Virus record (IMG/VR): IMGVR_UViG_3300033067_000194
Span: 1 to 44,320 of that record
Origin: a virus
Lineage: Duplodnaviria > Caudoviricetes
DNA length: 44,320 nucleotides
Reading direction: 5' to 3' (one strand)
Positions 30,901 through 39,700 of the stretch are shown piece by piece (the stretch's first letter is position 1; each line of letters begins with the position of its first letter). Below the pieces are notes generated by a model. It made no database searches and had not been told where the DNA came from. It saw only the letters and a list, made by a program, of their open reading frames with translations. The position numbers and the translations under genes are program-made.

Positions 30901-33663
30901 ATCAACTAAACCTTGTAGTGTTGTTGCTTCTGAACTTGTTGCATTTCCAGATGCGGTATTTTGATTTAGAGTATTGCTTGAAGATTTTGTAACTAGTTGA
31001 CCTTGAACAATTTGTCCAACAACAGTTTTTAATCTTTCATAGGCTGCAACAGTTTCTTCTGATTGTCCAGCACCTAGTTGACCTGTAGCACCTACAAAGT
31101 AAGCATCTGCGGCACGAACAGTTGCCCAGTTACCACCGTATAGAATATCATGACACAGTGCATCAACAATGAATCCAACATCACGAGCACACTTGGCAGC
31201 ATCGTATGTGTATCCTGTTGTAAACGGTGCAATGTTTCCTGCAACTTGTGCGGCAATCCAAGCAGTAATTTCTGCTTTGATAAATGCACGGTTGGCGACA
31301 AGTTGATCTTTTGCGTCAACTAGATCTTGACTTGCACCTGTTGGTGTTGGGAATACTAGTGCGTTGGCTGCGTCTTCTGTAGATGTGCTTCCGTTACGAA
31401 TAATATCAATAACTTCTGTTATAGCACTTTGATAGCGTGTTTCAAAAGTTGCGTCGCTAGATTCTGCTAGTGCAAGAGTAGCAGATTTTTCAATAGCCGC
31501 AATAGTTTGTAAATTTTGATTGCTAATTACGTAGTTAGAGTTTGCACGTTGATATGCAAGACCTGCTGTTACTGCGTTATAATTTGTTCCTAGTGCGGCA
31601 TCAACTGCGGCTGCACGAGTGATATATTCAATATCTCGTTCGCATTTTGTTTGAACGGCTGTGTCGTAAACATAACCGATTAAGTTACTGTCAATGTAGG
31701 CAGTAATTTCTGCTTTAACAAATGCACGGTTAGCAATAAGTTGATTTTTTGTGTTAATAACATCTTGTGTTGCATTACTTGGGTTAGTAAAAGTTAATGC
31801 GTCTGCACTTGTATCTGTAGATACAACACCATTTGTAATAATGTCAATAACTTCTGCAAAGGCAGCATTAACACGAGTTACTGTAGTACCGTTTGCGGCA
31901 ACAGTGTTAGCAGCCAATCCTTTTGCGTGTTCAATACCAGCAATAGTTTGAATATTTTGACCGCTAAGAACATAGGCGCTGTTTGCACGTTGATATGCAA
32001 GGCCTGCTGTTACAGCATTATAGTTTGTACCTAGTGCGGCATCGTAACGTGCGGCATCTAGGATAATTCCTAAGTCACGTTCGCAGGTATCTTTTACAAT
32101 ACCGTCGTAGACATAACCAGTAAATTGCTTGTTAATATATGATGTAACTGCATCTGCTAAGAAATTACGGTTGGCTTGCAACTGATCTCTTGCATCAATT
32201 TCATCTTGTGTAGCGTTGCTTGGGGCATTAAACACGATTGCATCAGTAGAATCGTCACCTTCGGCATTAGCAATAATATCAAGAATTTCGTCAAATGCTA
32301 GTGTTACACGTTGAACAGCAGTAGCATCGCCAGCAACGCTTAGAAGTGCTTGACTCTTAGCATATTGGAATGCGGCAACTGTTTGTAATTTTTGATTGTT
32401 ACCTAGGTAATCAGCGTTAGCACGTAGGTATGCACGACCAGCAACTACGGCATTGTAGTTTGTATCTAATACTGCGTCAAAACCTGCGGCGTCTAATAGT
32501 AGACCTGTGTCACGAGCACATTTTGCAGAATCGTAAGTAAAGTCTGAATAGTTTGTATTAATCCAAGCAATGACTTCTTCTTTTAAGAAGTTCTTGTTTG
32601 CTTGTAGTTTGTCTTTGGCAGCAACTTGTTCTGCACTAGCACTACCAGGTGTTGCATATACAATAGCATCTGTACTATCGTCACCTACATCGTTTTCTAA
32701 GATATCAACGATTTCTGCAAATGCAGTGTTGTAACGACTTAGGGCTGTTGCGTTTGTAATTAAAGGAAGACCTTCTTCTTGTGCTTTTAAAATTGCACTC
32801 TTAGTTTGAAGAATCTGATCTTGAATAACTGTATAAGCATTAGCACGACGGTAAGCAAGACCTGTAGTAACCGCTTTATAGTTTGTACCTAGTGCAAAGT
32901 CTAGTGCAACACTATCAATGATAATACCAAGGTCACGACGGCATTTTTGTTCGTCGTATTGGAAGTTAACAAAGTTAGCATCAATCCATTTAATAACTTG
33001 ACTTTGAATAAATGAACGGTTGGCTTCTAGTAAACGCTTGGCGTTATACTTACCTTCGCCTGGATCAGTTAAAGGACGTAGACCTAAACTAGCGGCAATC
33101 TGTGCGGCACGCTTTAGGCTTCGAACAGGAGCATTAATACCGTCGTTGTTGTCATCACCTTTTCTGTCTGAAACATAAACACGGTTTCCGCCGAAACTAT
33201 CTGGACTACCCCACTCTAGGTTGCCTTGTCCATCTAGTGATAGAACGCTACGATCAATTGGCTGGAATGGTGGGAGTTTTACTTCGTAACTAAAGTCAAC
33301 GTTATCCGGACCTTTAATTGTTACAGTATTTTGATTTGCGGCATCATTAAAAATTAAACCTTTTTGGTTTTTAATTCTTACATCGTTAACAAATTCTGTT
33401 CCGGCTGAAGTTACTTCAAATTCTGTCTGGTTATCTACCTTAGCAATAATTTTACTAGGTGTTACACCACCGTCGTCGTTTGTTGTGATGCTAGTATCAC
33501 GTTCAAATGTTGTTTTAGTAATATCAAGAACAGTATTATCTTCTTTCTTTAAGAAGACTTTACCATCCGCAGTGTTCATTGCTAGTTCGCCTTGTACTAA
33601 AGACGATGCACTTGGTGTTACACCTGCGTTGTTATTACGTTTAAAAAGGATTCTTGATGCCAT
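21946..33663 (-). CDS. giant multidomain virion fibre/adhesin protein, 3905 aa
   Basis: Mtd-N-like start (ILFKR...L.QGELAMNTADGKVF), split beta-helix-like domain, nine helical CxRD repeats, three HG(L/F)..(G/S)D repeats, G/T-rich fibre, C-terminal YADLAE...GRVPCKV chaperone-like domain; SD GAGGA; TAAATA at 33693-33698. Confidence 0.85.
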   Translation of the reverse strand: MASRILFKRNNNAGVTPSASSLVQGELAMNTADGKVFLKKEDNTVLDITKTTFERDTSITTNDDGGVTPSKIIAKVDNQTEFEVTSAGTEFVNDVRIKNQKGLIFNDAANQNTVTIKGPDNVDFSYEVKLPPFQPIDRSVLSLDGQGNLEWGSPDSFGGNRVYVSDRKGDDNNDGINAPVRSLKRAAQIAASLGLRPLTDPGEGKYNAKRLLEANRSFIQSQVIKWIDANFVNFQYDEQKCRRDLGIIIDSVALDFALGTNYKAVTTGLAYRRANAYTVIQDQILQTKSAILKAQEEGLPLITNATALSRYNTAFAEIVDILENDVGDDSTDAIVYATPGSASAEQVAAKDKLQANKNFLKEEVIAWINTNYSDFTYDSAKCARDTGLLLDAAGFDAVLDTNYNAVVAGRAYLRANADYLGNNQKLQTVAAFQYAKSQALLSVAGDATAVQRVTLAFDEILDIIANAEGDDSTDAIVFNAPSNATQDEIDARDQLQANRNFLADAVTSYINKQFTGYVYDGIVKDTCERDLGIILDAARYDAALGTNYNAVTAGLAYQRANSAYVLSGQNIQTIAGIEHAKGLAANTVAANGTTVTRVNAAFAEVIDIITNGVVSTDTSADALTFTNPSNATQDVINTKNQLIANRAFVKAEITAYIDSNLIGYVYDTAVQTKCERDIEYITRAAAVDAALGTNYNAVTAGLAYQRANSNYVISNQNLQTIAAIEKSATLALAESSDATFETRYQSAITEVIDIIRNGSTSTEDAANALVFPTPTGASQDLVDAKDQLVANRAFIKAEITAWIAAQVAGNIAPFTTGYTYDAAKCARDVGFIVDALCHDILYGGNWATVRAADAYFVGATGQLGAGQSEETVAAYERLKTVVGQIVQGQLVTKSSSNTLNQNTASGNATSSEATTLQGLVDVIIGVINAGNVSGLPSITYPSVSWTSVAIQNDYTAVTSAISTIKTSVSSYISTNFVGFTYDSGKCARDVGYIVDALTYDTLYGGNSASVAAAKAYYVGTLSQLAAGQKEVTIYAYKHLSNILGRIIQGIEITKSTGNVETQLGTGPGGNGTSVEANGIATDLSLVIDVISAESIEGLPTPTYPSLGWVNANIVSATNALATAKSTIITNTSSYLTTTFNAFTYDSVKCARDTRYIVDALTYDVLYGGNTATRTAANAYWVGAVTQVPNQIFQTKKAFEYLSTIVDNVLLGTTVTPSLNRVVYTKGSGSSNAFTVTSWTENVLVLEKTNNDAGTDFVNKFTSLDGTEPYFIYINGIEIEVSDTVVNSGTITLTTDKTIGQALGANYADEANIVNISVLEAYSGASQDTATYGAASSTEVAAATSLIGIITNVVENGVSVLPTAVNPDLTWADSGIQNARLELVADRQTIIDGTINYVQTTFQDFVYDEVRCSRDVGYIVDAITYDVLYGGNSATVAAADAYWVTLDGSTYDTQVPNQESVTSLAINRLSYLVDKVVRGVTVTDTYQNIVTQVTSGSNATTVEAGTLTDLLGIISGVIVNGIGTLPAVVDPDTSWVVGAITANYNAFRTTNRAAIIDNVVTYIADTFTGFTYNSAICSRDTGLIVDAVILDFILGGNERSVEAGLAYYEAGNTSAALVVSDQRFETAEANKYAKKICKQIVQNQTISPFFTPLGGEPTQVKYPSISGAAAVNDIETLFNTIISIFEGNPAPTVVANSFQEVPITIQVAAGDFYIDNPIIIPDRVSVVGDSLRSVVIRPLNAGKDMFRIRNGAYMTGFTFRDGLDENLVPNYTFNWCVAFDDPSDDSVDRSGYFGLRRTKPQISLSPYIQNCSIISFLGGNGIWVDGNKIRDPNISPPGFEIEQENPVEGETPPQGKSMVANAFTMVSFGGTGWLVSNDGYAQIVSCFQIFCLNGSYCQSGGYLSITNSATNFGLYALRSSGFSPRAFSFDKGYVASTGTSGGRITLTTLGTERVPVPQYVLKFRNASTDADVTSNFKVASTELSFDSAAFNAVSGRTGTITNIAGSGPYTATLTGVNTTGIVTGKYLTKTGGDGTLGSVTTVTAVRAGANEIDISSNGAIVAGALPIEFAVGGALNPLTNIITIPDHGLLNGDSVYYYADINVSGNAPILGLIDNGIYFVKVVSANTIQLFNDNGLAYIADIQTGGVGTQRIAKNVEEFFVETIETSHNVYQTLTLPPGPNYVFAIGSAITGTTGAFTNNAYVLSWNNTTRELVISNELTTIGEEQQRVKFTALSTIASDQTAPSPYTAIPIVSAEDRTDLYTATFKTNSTRTASQIQNPSGTIGFKCNFHRPSILNSSSHTWEYAGSGTDYNALPENGGQTIIAYQQYTELPGRVYTSGTNELGDFLVGDFIKAENNTGKITFRTEVTVGQLNVLRLSLSSIEISAISNDTGLGDNEIGGASDTRLATQKAIRSFINNRLGNVLDKNVSTNAVAGALVQLNSSGQINADLIPPLRGVTTYATNEFGGRLLLSEQIPTVEVLNGDNASETYQQQTLTLTGGTLTAAKGDLITQTGTTGSGYVKEAVSGATSVTLYGVTGTFTEDNAAQTIRKNSVEVTGVYPSGLTAVTEIVDNYFLSNDTSSQFLILDGPGYDFTVGNTITSAQGLAQGEITEYREGVLYQLNLGTLIGGSLYTPGSGSVTYTDVPLTNVSGSGTGATADITVTNGAVTDVTIISGGSGYAAGNVLSASASNIGGSGSGFQITASRADTRLYVDLIGSKTKFNATAAANDFFEDNNAPVVSIANLAAFSTFSFDANANVNTTTSRITLTGHGLTNSDVLIYSNQANVSVGGLTNNRGYFVKVIDSNTVELYNNYALGPSDQVLLTSTSTGTHTLTRNTVSIGTTSLSFFYKAAHGFTAGDPVYIEGADLPAGLTANSYYFVGSVSTNTFTLHASRANALASVGGATLSKVTVTDVGSGSATFTVQNVAFSAAINDSSRTAANWGTVSVSSLDASNIVSGVLATSRLASAGTANTQTFLRGDSTWALAVQGIRKIANSAISLSGDSYSDGGNTIYYNIPVLDVDKVDGDGGTPNFTNYGVAAFDKTQFAVGKPTNIPSDTGNVSIKPGVVDAGFLGGQPGTYYTNPDNFSKAVPVLKGGTGLTTYLEGDMLYAGAGGSLTQLPIGGISTVLSSNGVVPSWTANLNLQGGVTAGNGVFNSDVNSTNTTSGSLQVQGGAGITRNLFVGGNLTVSGAINFNSSLSITGDDAVITLSPGGTGTVSIQPAGVTTLGTLGIQTTLVGNLSATQNQQTINFSPTGTNSSITLNSAGSLTLGAAAAGGINVTTDMTSSGDIAVNGGDITTTATTFNLVNANATTVNFAGAGTAVTIGANALGTTTVRNNLTVNGDLTVSGTNATLSATSVTVADNAIQLAQRATPTNAVADGGGIILKGTTDKTILWDVTNTNWTLSEHVNIPTGKTYKINNTNVLTATGLGTGVLSSSLTSVGTLTSGTWNANVISGQFGGTGVANTGKTITLGGNLTTAGAFNTTITVSNTTNVTLPTSGTLIGTNDTGTVSNNMLAGSIPNNKLANSSITLNGTVVSLGDTVTVTANLANNLTVGTGLQFDSGTTFNGSAGRTISITSGVVTTTGTQTLTNKTFTDSSTLFQDDVDNTKKMAFDVSAVTAGVTRTLSVPNVSGTIVTTGDTGSVTNTMLAGSIANAKLANSTISGVSLGSNLFSLTAGSFLTWSVGTTYNGSAASTLAVNATNANTGSTVVARDASGNFSAGTITASLSGLASAATNIRVSATDYAGSTASSANTVALRDASSDIYANLFRGTATTARYADLAENYLGDVKYEAGTVVMFGGDAEVTLATDGTRRVAGVVSTNPAHLMNEGLQGETVAAIALQGRVPCKVTGKIRKGDMLVAAGNGYARAEEDPKLGQVIGKALEDFDGESGVIEVVVGRM
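28560..33090 (-). repeat. array of nine ~140-165 aa protein repeats with C-x-R-D motif
   Basis: Cys codons at 32941, 32518, 32083, 31642, 31189, 30706, 30217, 29431, 28936 (aa 241, 382, 527, 674, 825, 986, 1149, 1411, 1576). Confidence 0.9.
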
Positions 33664-33720
33664 ATTATTCCTCGTTTTTCCTTATCCGTTCTTATTTACC
33701 GTTTCTAAAATTCACGTTCT

Positions 33721-36700
33721 TTAAAATGTTCCACAATCGATAACGTCTGTCCAAACTGGTACTCCGTTTGCATCTGTTGTCAACATTGCATAACTTGTTT
33801 GTTGGTTTGTACCAGAGTATGGATTCTGATAGTCACTGCCTGCTGTACTTTGTAATGGATCTGTACTATTACCATATACAACACCGCGAGCGTTAAACTG
33901 ACCTACACCAGTACCACCGCTTGGAACAGCAAGTTCATTGTCAAACAATACTGTACCACGTAGTGTTAGTGCGTTAGCACTCAAGTTACCTTCAATGTTA
34001 ACGTTTTCGCTAACAGCCAAACCACCTGTAACTACAACAGAACCTGTTGTAGAATCTACAGAACTTACACCAGCAGTAAATCTAGAAACACCGTTTGCTT
34101 CAAGTGTAGTAAATCGTCCTGTGCCTCTTGTAACTGTACCAATGTTTACATTATTGATAGAACCAGTTGTACTAGGATTTAATATAAATCCGCCTTGTGG
34201 TTCAATAATAACACGGCCTGAACCTTGTGGGCTAATAACAAAGTCGTTGTTCTCACCTGTAGTGTTAAGAGATGTTAGTGTTAGGTTACCGTTAACTGTT
34301 AGATTTGATTCTAACAATGTATCACCAGTTACTGTTAAGCCAGTGTTAACTGTTGTTAAACCACCAACTTGACCCATGCTAATTGCTGTTGCGGCATTAC
34401 CAAAGTAAATTGTTTCTGCTGTTGTATTAGCAAGGAAGAAAGTAGTATCAGTAACGTCAAGCGTAGAAACACTACTATCACTAGATCCAACAGTAATTTG
34501 ACCTGCAACATTTAAGTTGTTTCTAATATTTGTAGAACCACTTAATGCACCCATGTTAATTGTAGTAGCATCGCCACCAAAATTAATTGTCTGTGCAACT
34601 GTGTTTAACAAATCAAAACTTGTACTTTGTGTGTCAACACTTTGACCAACGTTAGTACCACCTTGGAAATTAAACTGTGTACCGTCATAACTGATTGTAC
34701 CACCAGCCAAGTCGATTGTACCACCACTTAGATACAAATCACGGAAACGATTTGTTGAACTACCTAAGTCGTAGGCAACGTTTGTATCTGGAAGAATGTG
34801 ATTACTTACTGTTGTAATTCCAGTAATATTCAAGTTACCAGCAATGTTTGTTTCACTTCCTGGAGCGGCAACATTAACTGTATTAGCACCGCCAGCAAAG
34901 TTTACAGTAGTTGCATTAGTGTTAATTAAGTTAAATGTTGATTGGTTGGTGTTTAAATCGCCGCCACGAATTTCTGCATCACCGTCAACTTGTAAGTTAT
35001 TTTTAACAATAGTGTTACCACTTGCAGAACCAACGTTAACTGTTGTTGCGGTACCTGCAAAGTTTACAGTACTTGCAGTAGTGTTGATTAAGTTGAATGT
35101 TGATTGGTTAGTTGTTAAGTCTCCGCCTTTTAATTGCAGATCTTGTTCAAATGTTGCTTGACCGTCAACTGCTAGGTCGTTGTTAATACTTGTTGTACCT
35201 GTAGTAGAACCGATTTCAACAACTGTGGCTGCGCCACCCATGTATAAGTTTTCAGCGGTTGTATTAGCAAGATAGAAAGTTGTGTCTGCTGACTCAATTG
35301 TTGATGTCGATCCTGCGGCACTACCAACAGTAATCTTACCATCGACGTTTAAATCATTCTTAATGTTTGTTGCGCCGTTTGTAGAACCAATGTTAACTTG
35401 TGTACCTGCACCTGCTAGGTTCAATGTTGTAACTGTAGAATTTAAAAGATTAAATGTAGTTTGACTTGATGTAATATCTCCGCCGTCAACATTTAAATCT
35501 CCATCAACATCTAAATCGTTTCTAATGTTTGTAGTACCACTACCAGCACCAATTACCAATGTTGTTGCGGCATCAGCAAAATTAATTGTTGTAGGAGTTT
35601 GTAACAGATTAAAACTTGTTTGATCTGTAATAATATCTCCGCCTTTAACAACAATGTCGCCGTCAAAGTTTACAGTTGCACCTGCAAAGTTTACAGTACC
35701 TGTTGCGTCACCAACGTTAATAGTTGTTGCGGCACCTGCAAAGTTAACTGTAGTTGCTGTGTCGTTGACTATGTTAAATGTTGTGTTAGTTGTATCTAAA
35801 GTATCACCGTCAACTATTAGATTCAAATTAACATTTAAATCGTTGTTAACTGTAGTAGTACCTAGCGTAGAACCGATGCTAACAACGTTAGCACTTGATG
35901 CTAGGTTAACTTGAGTTGCACCACTAGGTAAAATATCAAATACTGATTGGTTTGTAGTTAAGGAACCGCCATTAACTGCCAAGTCTCCATCGACTTGAGT
36001 AATAGCATTTCTTAACTGAATAGTACCAGTTGTGGCTCCTATTACTACACTTGTGGCTGCTTGTCCAACGTTTAGTGTTGTAGCAGTATCGTTAATTAAA
36101 TTAAATGTAGTTTGATCTGTTAGTAGATCTCCACCTTTAACTAGAATATCAAATTCAAATGTTGCACTACCGTTAACTTGTAAATCGTTAGCAGTTACGT
36201 CACCTGTAATGCCGTCAATAATTTTGCTAGAGAAATCTCCAAACACACTACCTTTAAGGTCGGCAGTAATACCAGTTGGAACTATCAATCTATTGTTGAT
36301 TGTAGTTTCACCTAATGCACTACCAATGCTTAGTGTATCGGCTGCACCAGCAAAGTTAATAATAGTTGCTGTATCGTTAACTAGATTTAACGAAATAGCA
36401 TTTGTTGCGATATTTGCAGTAACACCTGAATATACGCCGTTTAAAACAACATCACCGTTTACTTGGAAATTATTTCTAACTGTTGTAGTACCGTTTGCTA
36501 GACCTAGACCGTCAACAGCACCCATGGTAATTGTTGTTGCGTCTTTGGCAAAATCAACAGTCTCAACATATCTTTCTAACAAACTAAATGTAGTTGCAGG
36601 TCCTGGAATGATCGGAGCAACACCAGTATATGTGACTGTAGCAATATTACCACCAACTGTTGGACCAGTTAAAGGGAACGGATCCACAATAAATGTATCA

Positions 36701-39700
36701 ATAGTTAGTACTAAGTCGTTTACACCGTCAACACCACCATATTGGCTACCAAGAATTGTAAATGTATCTCCAAAATTATAGAAATTACCTGATGTACTTG
36801 GAGTAATGCTTACAATATTACCGGTATCATTCTCATATTCAATTCTCCAAGTGGCTCCTGTACCTGTTGCTGTTGTTGTAGAGGTTGCAAAAATTCCTGA
36901 AAATACAAGTGTATTTGGTTTTAATGAAACAGAATTTCCTTTAATTCTAGCAACGCCGTTAATATCGATATTGTTGTTTACGACTGTAGTTCCAGTGCCA
37001 ACAGAATCACCGATTGTAACTGTTGTGGCTGCATTACCAATGTTTAATGTTGTAACAACATCTGGATATAAGTTTTGTACTGGATTATCAGAAATTACAT
37101 CACCGTTGGTAACTAGGCTATTAGTTACCAACAATTCGTCGTTGATTGTTACAGTGCTCAGTACACTACCAATTGTAACACCACTGTTAGGAAATAAAGC
37201 AGTTTCTGTAACTTTATCGATACCTGCAACTTTAAATGCAAAGCCTGAAACTACATCAATGTTTTGGTTTGCAGTAAAAGAGTTAGTTGCATCTACCCAA
37301 TTGAATGTCTTATCAGTAGTACCTTTAATTGTAATACCAGCACCGTCGGCAGTTAAATCTGATGGGCTTGCTGTACTTGCTAGTTCAATATTTTTATCAT
37401 CAACAGTTAATGTTGTAGAATTAATTGTAGTTGTGGTACCATCAACTTGTAGGTCACCTTTGATAATAACTGTACCTGTGTTATCGCCTACGCCAGCAGG
37501 ATCAATTACAAAACTTGCTGGGCCTCTTAGTTCACCAACTAAAGTTACGTTACCTGTTAGAGTTGTTGTACCGTTAACGTTTAAGTTTTCGTTAATGCCA
37601 ACGCCGCCTGCAACAGTTAATGCACCAGTTGTTGAACTTGTACTTGTTGTTGTAAGAGGAATAGAAAGTCTTGTTCTGTTTAATCCTGCGGCTTTGATAC
37701 TGCCAGTGCCTGCGGCATCTTCTACGTAAAAATCTAATTCTCCGTTACTTGCGGCTGGACTAGTTTCTGGAATGATGTATGTTAAACCGTCAACAGATTT
37801 AACACCGCCAAGTCCCTGCCAGTTGCTATTTGCAAAACCTTCAAAACTTGATAGTTCGCTGTTGTAACGAATCATACCAGTTACACCAGTTGGACGTTCT
37901 GCAACAGTACCTACTGGGAGTTTTACATAACCTGTGCCTGTAACTTCAATTTGTTGAGAATATAAAGTTCTCCATGCCTTACCAGATTCACCTAAATCAT
38001 AAGTGTTGGCTACGTCTGGAACTAGGTTACTTGTAAAGTCAGCAACAACTGTAACTGTATCTAATGTTTGATTACCGATGGTAATGTTACCGCCGATTGT
38101 TACATCTCCAGTGACATCTAAATCACCAATAATGTTAGTGTCGGCGTTGATGTTAACAACTTCCGATCCGCTTGGATCTAGTGTAATTTCTCCGCTGATT
38201 GAAGAAATAGCGTTACCAGAAATAACTAAATTACCTGTACTAACTTGTGTTGGGTCAACAATAGTTGTTTGGCTTCCATTGGTAAAGTTAATACCTGTTA
38301 AACTGCTAACGTCAAAGTTAGGTGCTTGGAATGTAACATTACCTGTGGCGAATTCAACGCTGAATAAGTCACCAATTCTATAGTTACCTGCTTGGTCTAC
38401 ACTGTTGTAGAATACACGACCACCGTTGACTTCAATAACTTCGTTGGCTTGAATAACTGCTGTGTCGTCGTTGGTTAAGTCTGCCCCTGTACCAATATAA
38501 GCAAAGTTCCATGCCATTAATTGTAGTACAACATCGTCACCGTCGGCCTTAACTGCTTGGTTACCATAAATGTTAGCACCAGAAATAGCACGTAGTTCTG
38601 CGGCAAACTCGCCACGGTCATAACGTGTGATACTTGTAGCAGTTGTTCCGCTTGTTAAGCCAGTAATGCTTCCGCCTGTACCTGGTGTAAAATCTTTGCC
38701 TTCTAGAATATCAACGCGACCATCTAGATAAACTGTGTTACCGTCTACACTGTCAACAGTTACGTTTGTAGTTGTAGATGCGTCTGTAGAAACAATGCTA
38801 ATTGTTTCACCTACACTAAAGCCTGGGCCACTTACACCAGCAAATTCAATAATTGTTTTACCGTCGCCGCCTCGGCCTGCTGTTCCACTTATACCTTCAA
38901 TAGCAAGATCTGCAAAGTATGTAAAGCAAGTTAGCCATTCAACACGGCCACCGTTGGTCATAATCAATGCACGGCTGTTTGGTACAATAAATGTACATTC
39001 GTTAAACAACATTGCGGCTTCTAAACTCTCGCGAGTAACATCAGCACCGTCAACTAAAGCACCGCGACCTGCATCACCGGCAAAGAAACCGTAAGGATCG
39101 ACTGCGCTTGTTACACTACCTTGGTTAAGAACTGTTACACGTTCGATGTATGGACTACGTAATGTAATTTCTGCGTTTGGTGCAAAACGGAAAGCATAAC
39201 CTGTGTCATCGATTTCATTGTAGAACATTCCTGCAACAGTTAAATCTGCAACGCCTGTTTCTCCGTTTAGTAAGAAACCGTCCAAATCATTTGTGCCTGC
39301 GGTTGGGGTAATCTTTGTAGCACGAATGCCACTACCGACAACCGCAACACCTTGTGGCACTGTTAGAGGAAATACTTCTTCAAAAGTACCTGGGCTAACT
39401 TTAACAGTATCACCGCTTTGTGCTACACTTAGAGCATGTTTAATTGTAGCAAATGCAGTGCTAGGATCTGTACCATCTCTAGTGTCTAGACCATTTGTAG
39501 CAACATACCAAACATTACCTTCTGGGCGAACAACAGAAACTAGATCCCAGTATGTTGGGTTAGTTGGAAGATTACCAGTAGTATCTGTTATGGAAATATA
39601 AAGTGTATCTTGATAACGAACAATAGTATTGGCAGCATAAGTAGTTGCTGGATTATAATCAACAGTATCCCACTTAATACCTTCAGTCATTAAGTCAAAC

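Noticed and set aside
21946-33663. Assigning a cyanobacterial host from the phycobiliprotein-like motif
   Set aside because: No photosynthesis or bilin genes in the window; the host cannot be determined from this sequence.
22058-39601. Many long plus-strand ORFs (up to 307 aa) antisense to the giant genes
   Set aside because: Shadow frames of Thr/Gly/Asn-rich codons giving V/P/L-rich nonsense; no SD or late motif.
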